This document shows, in pieces, positions 38,021 to 46,535 of a DNA stretch of 64,000 nt (positions are counted from its first letter, which is position 1; each line of letters begins with the position of its first letter). The notes under the pieces were generated by a model, which saw nothing but the letters and a program-made list of their open reading frames with translations, was not told where the DNA came from and made no database searches. The stretch covers positions 71,983-135,982 of the forward strand of contig VGWI01000001.1 of assembly GCA_016873655.1 (NCBI GenBank), read 5' to 3'. A program made the position numbers and the translations under genes. The DNA is from Lentisphaerota bacterium (GTDB lineage Bacteria; Verrucomicrobiota; Kiritimatiellia; UBA8416; VGWI01).

Positions 38021-39697
38021 CTACTGCCTGGTCCGGCGCAGGGACAAGGCTCTTGCCTCCATCATCGCGAGGATGATCCGGTCCGGGGAAGCGAACTCCG
38101 GCGTGAAGACGACGTCGGAGATCAAAGCCGCCAGATCCCCTTCAGGTTCCCCGCAGACCACAAAACCGGTGCCAGGGCTGAGTTTGATCAGGGCCCTGAC
38201 TATGCCTGCCGCGCCGTGTTGAAGCATGCCTATGTCAAACACGGCGCCGTCAAGCGCCGGTTCTGACTCCATGAAAGCCAGAGAGGACGCTATCTCGCCC
38301 GCTCTTTCGACCTTCATTCCGAGCAGTTCCATGCGCTCGCGCAGGCCGGCGTGCTGTCTGGAAGTGGCCATCAGCACGTGCCAGTGGGACGCGTAGGCGG
38401 CGAGTTCCTGGGGCAATTCCGAACGGTCCTCAGTCAACGAGGATGGATCGGCAGCCGGCATCCATACAACGTAGACGGGTGACCTGTCCCTGCCTTGCAG
38501 GGAGTCGAGCCGGCCGCCGCACTCAGCAACCGCCGACTCGAGTACTGACTGAATGATTCCAGGCTCGGATCCCGGGGACTGATCGTGCACCTCTTCACCC
38601 GTATTCCGGCGTTCCGCGTCCCCGCCCTGCGATCTTATGACCACGGCGCCGGCATAGTCGCCTCTTCGTTCCAGCCCCAGTTCCGGATCAGTGGCGGCTG
38701 ATATGGTTACTGTGCCTGGAACATGGTTTGCATCCGCGGCAAGGAGGCCGAGGTTGAGGACCACCTGTTCCAGCTGTGCTCGTGGCATGCCTACAGGCGG
38801 AACGCTCTCGACACTCGTCTCGACCGTCCACCCTCTCGACAGTGTGTCGCGGAGTACCGCGGCGGCCATCTCGAGGGGGTCTCTGACGTCAATGGTTGGC
38901 TGCCACGAAACGGACGGTCTGATCAGGCCTAGCAGGCGCGCTGTGACCATCGACCCGTGCCGCGCGGACTGGTCGATGGCGCGAATCGAGGACGCGGATT
39001 CCTCGGACCCCGCGGGGAGCCTGGCAAGCAGCGAAGCGTGGCCGGCGATCGAGAACAAGAGTTTGCTGAAATCGTGAGCCACACCGTTTGCCATCTGTTC
39101 CAGGAGTTGAAGCCTGGCCACCTGGCGATTGCGCAATCGCGCCCTGTTCATCATTGTGATGTCGCTGATCATTACCACCGACAACCCTTCGGACTGCTGG
39201 GCTCTGAATCGCAGCGTGCGTTTCTGTCCGCCGAACTCGCATGGGCGCTCAAGTTCAACGGGGTCCGCCGGCCGGGCGAGAAGTTCGCAGTCGGCGTGTG
39301 TCAGGCACGGGAAGACGTCCCCGAGCCTGACGGTGCCTGGCACATCCGGAAGTGTGGCGAAGGATCTGGTCGCCGCGTTGAATCCCGTGACGCGGCCGCT
39401 GCGGTCGGCAGTGAGTATGGCATCCCTGAGGTGGTCGAGTTCCGTGACGAACTTGCCAACCCGTCTTCGCCCTTCGGCCTCGGCGGCCATACGGATACCC
39501 CAAAGGCCGAACGCGCCGGCGATGGACATGAAGCCGAGGGTCAAAGCCCACAACGCGGCTGATGTGGCGCGCGCCATGTCCGGCGACAGCCTGTCGTCCA
39601 GGAAATGCATTGTCTGAACGACGGCAAGAGATGCCGTGGCGAACAGAAGAAGAAGAAGGACGGCATATGCCCAGGTCTCTGACCTGAAGCCTCTCAC
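38021..39697 (-). CDS. membrane sensor histidine kinase with degenerate C-terminal receiver-like domain
   Basis: Two N-terminal TM helices. H-box VAHDFSKLL, an HATPase region, and a C-terminal roughly 170-aa receiver-like fold. GTG start overlaps the secretin TGA (GTGA). Confidence 0.75.
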   Translation of the reverse strand: MRGFRSETWAYAVLLLLLFATASLAVVQTMHFLDDRLSPDMARATSAALWALTLGFMSIAGAFGLWGIRMAAEAEGRRRVGKFVTELDHLRDAILTADRSGRVTGFNAATRSFATLPDVPGTVRLGDVFPCLTHADCELLARPADPVELERPCEFGGQKRTLRFRAQQSEGLSVVMISDITMMNRARLRNRQVARLQLLEQMANGVAHDFSKLLFSIAGHASLLARLPAGSEESASSIRAIDQSARHGSMVTARLLGLIRPSVSWQPTIDVRDPLEMAAAVLRDTLSRGWTVETSVESVPPVGMPRAQLEQVVLNLGLLAADANHVPGTVTISAATDPELGLERRGDYAGAVVIRSQGGDAERRNTGEEVHDQSPGSEPGIIQSVLESAVAECGGRLDSLQGRDRSPVYVVWMPAADPSSLTEDRSELPQELAAYASHWHVLMATSRQHAGLRERMELLGMKVERAGEIASSLAFMESEPALDGAVFDIGMLQHGAAGIVRALIKLSPGTGFVVCGEPEGDLAALISDVVFTPEFASPDRIILAMMEARALSLRRTRQ

Positions 39698-41445
39698 GGC
39701 TGAGCCTTTGTCTCCGAAGCCTTGCCGGTGTCTTCGGAGGGCTTCTTCTCTTCGGCTTCCATCTTCCTGATCAGTCCCTCAATCTCCGCTTCCATCTGCT
39801 TGCGCTTCGGGGAATCCTGGAGCAACTTGCGGTGAACGAGTGCGGCGTCTTCGGGCAGGCCCTGTTTCGGGCCTATACTCCCCGGCGTAGCGATGCCGAG
39901 GGTGACGAAAATTATCGTTTCCTGCTGGTTCTTCTCCTTGTGCGTATGCGAGAAGAGGAACCGGCCGATGAGGGGTATGTCTCCAAGGAGAGGAATTTTC
40001 TTTGTCCTGTCCCCCTCTGTCGTCTCCGTGAGGCCGCCGATGGCCACCGTCTTGCCGTTTTCGAGGCAGAACACCGTCTGTATCTTCTTGGTGGCGACGA
40101 CCGGGAATGTCTGGCCGTTAGGCGCTATCTTGTCTTCCAGGTAGCGGGTCAACTCCGGCTCTATCCTGACGGTGATATTCGAACTCGTGTTGATGGTCGG
40201 GGTCACTGTCAGTTTTACGCCCGTGTCAACCGGGTCGCCGGCGTTGTAGGTTACGAAGGGCGCCGTTGTTTCCGTCGCCGGGGTGACAACCGACTGGAAT
40301 GGCCGCTCACGCCTGCCGACATGTATTACGGCAGATTCCTCGTTAGCGACAATCAGCTTCGGATTTGAGACAATGCTGACTCCGTTCATCTGTTTCAGGG
40401 CGCTAAGGACCAGGCGGAAGTCATCCACGCTGAGCACCGAAGTGCGGATGTCGGCAATCTGCTTCACAAACGAATCTTTCACATCTTCGGTTACCCTCTG
40501 GTTCTGGTCGAGAGAGTCGGCGATCGTGTAAGTCGGTTCGATGCTGCGGATAGTAACCACCTCGCCATCCGGGCTTTCCTTGAAATCCACGGTTTCGTTC
40601 TGAATCTGCTTGCCGTAGATATCGTAGTACTTCCTGACCCCGTCGTTCGCGATCCTGTTGCCGGCACGCGAGTCTGCTGCTGCCACAGAGTTGTTGCGTG
40701 TCCGGTTTTCGGAATAATTCCAGTTGAAGGGGCTGGCTGAAGCGCCATAGCCCTCGAGCACCTGCCAGTTGATTCCGAGATCGCGGATGGCCGAGTCGTT
40801 CAACTCCAGGAATTTCGCCTCTATGAAGACCTGTTCGCGAAGCTTGTCTATTTCATCGATGACTCTCTCCACCTCGATACGGTTGGCTTCGGTTGTCTTG
40901 AGGACAAGCGCATTGCGCGACGGGAAGGCGGAGACGGCCGCGTTCTGCACGAGCAGGTTGCTGACAACCATGGAGACTTCGGGGACGGTTGCGTATCTAA
41001 GGAAGATTGTTTTGACCACCATCGGTTCCGGCGCGTCCGCCGGCTTGGGGACGATGCTGTACACTGCGGAGCCCGGCGTCTTCTCCATGAGCGCGAGATC
41101 ATGCATGTCAAGAATTGCCGTCAGGGCGGGTTTCCACTGAACATCGGTGAGGTTGACCGTGACGCGCCCTTCGAGATTTGTTGCCGAGGCCACTATGTTC
41201 GCGCCTGATATGCGGGTGAACATGCGCACCACGTCCACCAGAGCAACATCATCGAGAGTGATGCTGATGAGGTTGGCGTCGTTGGTTGTTGCCGGCAGGA
41301 CCGGTCCCGTATCGTCGGCGATGGCTACGAACACGACTTCATTCGATGCGGCCGCGGTTCCATTGGTCTGCGCGACGGCGACCCCGCGCAGCACGCCGAG
41401 AACCGAACACAAAGCAAGCAGGCACAATGGACGTATACTCTTCAT
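39694..41445 (-). CDS. secretin (type IV pilus PilQ / T2SS GspD family)
   Basis: Signal peptide MKSIRPLCLLALCSVLG. C-terminal secretin domain with PLLGDIPLIGRFLFSHTHKEKNQQETIIFVT. N-terminal repeated N-domains. Confidence 0.85.
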   Translation of the reverse strand: MKSIRPLCLLALCSVLGVLRGVAVAQTNGTAAASNEVVFVAIADDTGPVLPATTNDANLISITLDDVALVDVVRMFTRISGANIVASATNLEGRVTVNLTDVQWKPALTAILDMHDLALMEKTPGSAVYSIVPKPADAPEPMVVKTIFLRYATVPEVSMVVSNLLVQNAAVSAFPSRNALVLKTTEANRIEVERVIDEIDKLREQVFIEAKFLELNDSAIRDLGINWQVLEGYGASASPFNWNYSENRTRNNSVAAADSRAGNRIANDGVRKYYDIYGKQIQNETVDFKESPDGEVVTIRSIEPTYTIADSLDQNQRVTEDVKDSFVKQIADIRTSVLSVDDFRLVLSALKQMNGVSIVSNPKLIVANEESAVIHVGRRERPFQSVVTPATETTAPFVTYNAGDPVDTGVKLTVTPTINTSSNITVRIEPELTRYLEDKIAPNGQTFPVVATKKIQTVFCLENGKTVAIGGLTETTEGDRTKKIPLLGDIPLIGRFLFSHTHKEKNQQETIIFVTLGIATPGSIGPKQGLPEDAALVHRKLLQDSPKRKQMEAEIEGLIRKMEAEEKKPSEDTGKASETKAQP

Positions 41446-41469
41446 CTGTTCCTCCCGCCCCGGATTCCA

Positions 41470-42174
41470 CTATTGTTTTGGATAAGTCACTACCGCCGCA
41501 TATGCAATCTGGCCCGCAGCATCCACTCTCCAGACCGTGTTTGAGCCAACGGCACCGCTCGGGCTGGTCACCGTGTAGACTCCGGAGTTCGGATTGATCG
41601 TGCCAAGCGCCGGAATGGAAACGTTCCAGTTCCCGAGCGGTTCGATGCCACCCGAGGATCCGAAGTTGACGGCTGTTATGGTGAACGTGAATGGAGCGTT
41701 CGTCTGCGCCGCAGTGAGGGTTACCATGCCCGGTATTATCAGGAACGTTGTGTCCGCCGTTATTTCCGCCGATGCGGTCAGTCCTTCATCGTCGGTCACC
41801 GTGACACTGTTCGGCGCGACCTTGTTTGCTCCGTAGATCGCGGTGGCGGTGTTGGCGCTCACGCCGATGATGTCGCCGAACGCGATGTTTGCGGCCTGCC
41901 AGGAATAGGGAGGGGTTCCGCCCTTGACCGCGAATGTCACCTGCTGGCCGGCGAATGTCACGTTGTAGGTTTGGGGCACTATCGCGACTCCCTGTCCGAA
42001 CACGGGATTGCCGGGGTCGGCCAGTTCGTCCACGTCAGGCTGGTTGGCCCCGAAATAGGAGTCAATGGAATTGATGTCGCTGACGTCAGGGTCGTCCTCG
42101 CATCCACAGAACAGGACAGCCCCTGCAGCAACAATGGCAACCGCGGCCAACGCAACCGGCATCTTCAGTTTCAT
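41470..42174 (-). CDS. hypothetical lipoprotein with Ig-like beta-rich region
   Basis: Start refined to the ATG at 42174: MKLKMPVALAAVAIVAAGAVLFCGC has a lipobox. The Thr/Ala/Gly-rich beta-strand composition is typical of Ig-like domains. Sits between the PilP-like gene and the secretin. Confidence 0.5.
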   Translation of the reverse strand: MKLKMPVALAAVAIVAAGAVLFCGCEDDPDVSDINSIDSYFGANQPDVDELADPGNPVFGQGVAIVPQTYNVTFAGQQVTFAVKGGTPPYSWQAANIAFGDIIGVSANTATAIYGANKVAPNSVTVTDDEGLTASAEITADTTFLIIPGMVTLTAAQTNAPFTFTITAVNFGSSGGIEPLGNWNVSIPALGTINPNSGVYTVTSPSGAVGSNTVWRVDAAGQIAYAAVVTYPKQ

Positions 42175-42644
42175 GGCTTGGTCCTTTCTTCGTCCGTGCT
42201 CAGGCGATAATACAGTCTCTGGCTGAACACGCCCTTCTTGTTTATGTCCGTTATCTTCCAACAGTACGTTACACCGTTGCGGGTTATCCAGCCTGTACTG
42301 CCGGCTTCGACGAGACCGATTTCATCCAGCACGGCAATGTAACGTCCTGAGCGTGCCCGGGTTATGCCCTTCACCGTGAGAGAAGGCCATTCGATGGGAA
42401 CAGTTATCTCTGGTTCCTTTTCCTCTTCCAACCCGCCGTCAACAGAGTCCGGAGGGGGAGGGACATAGCCGACCGGCCAGAACGGGTCCCGCTCAACCAT
42501 TGATGGAGGCATGTTCGAGGCGCCGCCGGCTGCGTCTGGCGTTGCTTCCTCCGACGCGCGGCAGACGGAGACCTCGATGGCAAGGAGAAGGAGAATCGAG
42601 AAGGGAGTTCTCAATTTCGATCGTATTCCAGGCGGTGTTGTCAT
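42171..42644 (-). CDS. PilP-like pilus assembly protein (by position and size)
   Basis: 157 aa with an N-terminal signal/anchor. ATGA overlap with the upstream gene. Lies between a PilO-like gene and the secretin, as in pilMNOPQ operons. Confidence 0.4.
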   Translation of the reverse strand: MTTPPGIRSKLRTPFSILLLLAIEVSVCRASEEATPDAAGGASNMPPSMVERDPFWPVGYVPPPPDSVDGGLEEEKEPEITVPIEWPSLTVKGITRARSGRYIAVLDEIGLVEAGSTGWITRNGVTYCWKITDINKKGVFSQRLYYRLSTDEERTKP

Positions 42645-43294
42645 TGTTCGATGGCGCCTTCGGCCGCTTGAGCCACCAGCGTTTCCTCTGCTTCGGGATC
42701 ACCCCATATGGGCCACTGAACCCGGAAAGTAACACGATGCCGTTGCGGGTCGCGGTCATCCGACGTAACTTGCACTTTGGAGACGCACAAATACGGGTTC
42801 CCCGTCTCCACGCGGTTGAGAAGTCTGGCCAATGCATTCATGCTGCATTTAGCGGTTATTTCCGCCGTGTACGACTTGAAAGTCTTCTTCGGTTGATCCG
42901 GGCCGGCCGACGGCTCGCGAGTTTCCAGAACCGAAACGCCCAGTTCATTGATCGATTGTATGCCGGAATCAGGGTCGGTGCACTGCTCCATGTACCGCGT
43001 GGCGCCGATGAGGTAGTTGCCGTGCCGCGGTTTCAGAAGATACCGCGCCGATATGTCGCGGACTTCGTTTGCGATGGCTATGTTCTCGGCCCGGGTCGTC
43101 TCAATGCGCGATATCAGCACCGCAGAACTTCCAAGGTTCCTGTTGATCCTGTCCATGTCGTCGGTGAGCTTCTGATTCCTGGCCATGAGGGGACGAATCA
43201 GGCCGAAGGCTACCCCGTAGACGACGCCGATGGATCCGACTGCGACGAGCACGAGAACCTTGATGCGGTCGTTGCGGTTGTCCGGAAGCTTCAT
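42641..43294 (-). CDS. PilO-like bitopic membrane protein
   Basis: Single N-terminal TM (VLVLVAVGSIGVVYGVAFGLI) followed by a coiled-coil and periplasmic domain. 217 aa. Start overlaps the PilN-like stop. Confidence 0.5.
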   Translation of the reverse strand: MKLPDNRNDRIKVLVLVAVGSIGVVYGVAFGLIRPLMARNQKLTDDMDRINRNLGSSAVLISRIETTRAENIAIANEVRDISARYLLKPRHGNYLIGATRYMEQCTDPDSGIQSINELGVSVLETREPSAGPDQPKKTFKSYTAEITAKCSMNALARLLNRVETGNPYLCVSKVQVTSDDRDPQRHRVTFRVQWPIWGDPEAEETLVAQAAEGAIEQ

Positions 43295-43911
43295 CAGAAG
43301 GCCCTCGGCTTGTACCGGCAGCGTATCTCGAAAAGCCTGTCATCAGGAGATGCATTCTTAGACGTATCGGCTGAGAATGCGGCGACTTCGACAGACTCCA
43401 GCTGTGTCGCGAAGACGGAGAAAGTCCGCAAGTTCTGCTCCAATTCATCGACGGCAAGATCTGAGCCCTTGCCCACGGATCTGCCCCTGATCTGCATCGT
43501 GAAGCTGCGCGCCATGGCCTTGTCTTTCTCGAGGGTCAGAAGAACCTGATCGGTGTTCAATTCGACGAGCTGTATTGCCGGTGGCACGAGGCGTGGCAGT
43601 GCGGCAAGCTGGGTGTGCCAGACGATCTGAGAGCGACGCCAACCGTCGAGTTCTTCCTTGAGTCGCCTGTTGACGTTCAGCTCCGCCGCGATCCTGATGG
43701 CCATTTCCTGCTTCGGCTCCGCCTCCAGCCATTTCCTTTCCAGTTTGTCCACGGCGGCGGTCTTGTTCCACACGTGAACGGCGACGAACGCAAGAGACGC
43801 CCCGATCAGGACGGGTATGGAAAAGGCGATGACCTTCACCACGAATGCCGGCGTGAACAGGCTGGGGTTGCGCTGTTCTGACGGCAGGATAAGGTCAACG
43901 CGCAGATTCAT
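43294..43911 (-). CDS. PilN-like bitopic membrane protein
   Basis: Start refined to the ATG at 43911 (MNLRVDLILPSEQ, resembling the PilN INLLP PilM-binding motif), then one TM and a periplasmic coiled-coil. ATGA overlap with the pilM stop. Confidence 0.5.
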   Translation of the reverse strand: MNLRVDLILPSEQRNPSLFTPAFVVKVIAFSIPVLIGASLAFVAVHVWNKTAAVDKLERKWLEAEPKQEMAIRIAAELNVNRRLKEELDGWRRSQIVWHTQLAALPRLVPPAIQLVELNTDQVLLTLEKDKAMARSFTMQIRGRSVGKGSDLAVDELEQNLRTFSVFATQLESVEVAAFSADTSKNASPDDRLFEIRCRYKPRAF

Positions 43912-44918
43912 TTGGCCTCCAGCGTAGCCTGACAAGCTCCGATCGCCGCTGCAAACCTGGCCGGGTCGCCAATGTCCTCTCCCAAAACGCCTTCGGGAAC
44001 CGACGCGTGCTCAAACGGATTCCATCTTTCAACGTCGAATGCGGTTTGCATCGGCGTGATCAGGTCTCGTCCCGCCTCGACCGAGCCGGAGATGAACAGG
44101 GACCGGATGCGGCATGCTTCGCGGCGCTCCACGTAGTCTCTCGACACTGCGATTCGGTTCAGCATCTGCCCCGCAACGTCTCCCGCGATGTCGGAAACAT
44201 CGAACGCCCCGTCCGTCAGAACTCCCATTGCGGTTTGCGCATCGACTCCGAGCGATTCCTGTACGCGTTCGAGGATGCTGTGAGTGCCCAGTTCAAGGCG
44301 CTGGCAGAGCACCGGGATGCCTTTGCTGAAGACCGCGAAGTAAGAACACCGCTCTCCTATGTTCAGTGACGCGACCGCTTTTGCCTTGAAGGACATGCCC
44401 GGTCCGTTCGTGAACGCCGTCATCGCGGCGAGCCCGGCTATCTCGACAGAATGCGGGGCAGGTCTTCCGGACGGGAAAAAGGACAGTGCTCCTGATATCT
44501 CGTCCTCCGCAACCGCCGCGGCGAGAACGAGGGATTCCTGCCGTCCGTGTCCTTCCGTAATGACCTTGTATCCGATGCGACGGCCCGATGTGTCCCGGAT
44601 CCCCAAGCCTGTCACAAGGCGTGATTCCAGTCCGCCATCATGCAGGCCGGGCAGCATGAGCAGTTTCACTGTGGCTTCAGAGCCTTCTATTGCAATTGCA
44701 GCGTGCGGGGCGCGGAGCTTGGCCGGGAGCTCCATCGGCTTGCGCGCTTCTTCGGAGTCTTCGTTGGCACGTGGCAGCGCCGCGGCTGCCGACAGCGAGG
44801 TGGTCGCGCCGACGCGACGCATTCTTACAGCCAGCACGACAGTGCGCCTGACGTCGATGCCTACAACGTCAGCAGGCCCCTGCTTAACTTTGTCGAGAAT
44901 GTCTTTGAACGATGCCAT
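43908..44918 (-). CDS. pilM: PilM-like actin-fold pilus assembly ATPase-like protein
   Basis: 336 aa. The N-terminal VVGIDVRRTVVLAV phosphate-1-like motif matches the PilM/FtsA actin fold. It is the first gene of the pilMNOP-secretin array. Confidence 0.6.
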   Translation of the reverse strand: MASFKDILDKVKQGPADVVGIDVRRTVVLAVRMRRVGATTSLSAAAALPRANEDSEEARKPMELPAKLRAPHAAIAIEGSEATVKLLMLPGLHDGGLESRLVTGLGIRDTSGRRIGYKVITEGHGRQESLVLAAAVAEDEISGALSFFPSGRPAPHSVEIAGLAAMTAFTNGPGMSFKAKAVASLNIGERCSYFAVFSKGIPVLCQRLELGTHSILERVQESLGVDAQTAMGVLTDGAFDVSDIAGDVAGQMLNRIAVSRDYVERREACRIRSLFISGSVEAGRDLITPMQTAFDVERWNPFEHASVPEGVLGEDIGDPARFAAAIGACQATLEAK

Positions 44919-44971
44919 GGAAACCGATCCCGAAGCCTCTTCCTCAGGGCATACGCGCCGCGTACTGGCTC

Positions 44972-44988
44972 AAGCACGACGTGTGCCT
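44972..44988 (-). promoter_or_regulatory. candidate sigma-54 promoter upstream of pilM
   Basis: Minus-strand AGGCAC-acgtcg-TGCTT (GG-N10-GC), about 44-60 nt upstream of the pilM ATG. Confidence 0.3.
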
Positions 44989-45339
44989 TTGCTTGGCAAA
45001 GATCATACCCGTTTCTTCGCGGGCGGCAAGAACCTATGTGATCGGGGGTTGTGACCGCGTAAGTTCTGCGGGAAGTCCCCTTCCGACGGGAGAGCGCCTT
45101 CTCACGATTGCGACTGGTCGCAGTCAAGCGAGTCGGGGTTAGGCGCCACGTCAGGGCCGGATGCCCGAATGCCGACGGCAGTCATTCCGTGCTTCATCGC
45201 TTGATTCCCTGTGCGCGGCCGGTCTGGCGAATGGGGCAGGCAAGGCACTTCGTCGCAGTCCGCATATTCTCCCTCAAAAACGTTGCACTGTCGGCGTGAA
45301 GGTTGGTAGCTTCACCGAGACTGCGCGTGGTGCGGCAGA

Positions 45340-46527
45340 TTGCAGGAGACGTGGTTGACCATGGATCATAAGAAGCAACTGTCGAAGACAATGAGGATAG
45401 ACCTCATTCCCGAGACTCCCATGGAGCCGGTGGAGGACAAGAAGACGCGCGTTGTGGTTGCGTCTTCAGGAGCGCGTGAGCCGGTCGACGGAGTTGGTGC
45501 GCACGGTCCTGACGCTTCCATCTATCAGCAGCTCCTTCACAGCCTCTACGACGCCGCAATCATCTGTGATGATCAGGGCGCGATACTGGATGTCAACGTG
45601 CGCGCCCTCGATTTCTTCTTATACACCCATGCAGGATTCTGCAGCCTTCACATATGGGACGTTGTTTCCGGCGCCGACGAGGGGTTGCTCAAGACCATCA
45701 TGGAGAACCTGTCGAACGAGAGGTTCACTCTTATTCAGGCTTACTGTATGCGCAAAGACGGACGGTATTTCCCTTCCGAGATAGCTGTCAGCAAACTCCT
45801 TGTGGCCGAGGGCCTCCGCTTGTGTTTCTACGTTCGCGACATCACCCTGCGGAGACAGGCTGAGGAAATGCTGAGAACGGAGCACAATGCGATCCAGAAT
45901 GCCGACAACGGCATCGCGGTGGCCAACATAAACGCGGAGATAGAGTACGCCAATCCCTCGATGCTGCGGATGTGGAACCTGCCGGACTTGGAAGCGGTAA
46001 TGGGAAAGAATGTGCGCGAGCTTCTGGTGTCCTCGCCGGATATCGACGAGATGCTCGCGGCCGTGACCGTCAAGGGGAAGAGCTGGGCGGGCGAGGTAAG
46101 TGGGCTGCGAAGAGACGGGGCCACGTTTGAAGTTCAGGTAGCGGCCGCGTGCAACAGGAACAGCGAAGGTGAGACAATCGGTATAGTGTTGTCCTTTGCC
46201 GACATAAGCGACCGGAAGCGCGCGGAGAAGGCGGAGATGGAGGCCGAGCGGCACCGGGTAATGCTCGAGAGTCTTGGAGCCGCGTGCCATCATCTGGGGC
46301 AGCCTGCGACCGTGCTGCTGGCCAACCTGGGCATGATGCAGGCCAAAGTGGACAGGTCTGATCCCGTTGTGGGCGAGCTGGTCGAGATGAGTATCGAGGC
46401 CGCCGAAGTGCTGGGAAGCATACTTCACAAACTCAACGAGGTCTCCGAGTACAAAACCACGAGATACCTTGCGGGCGCGGATGATGGCGGGGACGGCAGT
46501 GAGAGCAGGATCCTCGACATAGGTTGA
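45340..46527 (+). CDS. PAS-domain sensor protein with degenerate HisKA-like C-terminus (no ATPase domain)
   Basis: Two PAS folds, one around DAAIICDDQGAILDVN and one around NGIAVANINAEIEYANPSMLRMW. A C-terminal dimerisation-like helix, ESLGAACHHLGQPATVLL, lacks the canonical phosphoacceptor His context. CAGGAGACG RBS. Confidence 0.65.
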   Translation: MQETWLTMDHKKQLSKTMRIDLIPETPMEPVEDKKTRVVVASSGAREPVDGVGAHGPDASIYQQLLHSLYDAAIICDDQGAILDVNVRALDFFLYTHAGFCSLHIWDVVSGADEGLLKTIMENLSNERFTLIQAYCMRKDGRYFPSEIAVSKLLVAEGLRLCFYVRDITLRRQAEEMLRTEHNAIQNADNGIAVANINAEIEYANPSMLRMWNLPDLEAVMGKNVRELLVSSPDIDEMLAAVTVKGKSWAGEVSGLRRDGATFEVQVAAACNRNSEGETIGIVLSFADISDRKRAEKAEMEAERHRVMLESLGAACHHLGQPATVLLANLGMMQAKVDRSDPVVGELVEMSIEAAEVLGSILHKLNEVSEYKTTRYLAGADDGGDGSESRILDIG

Positions 46528-46535
46528 GATCCCGT

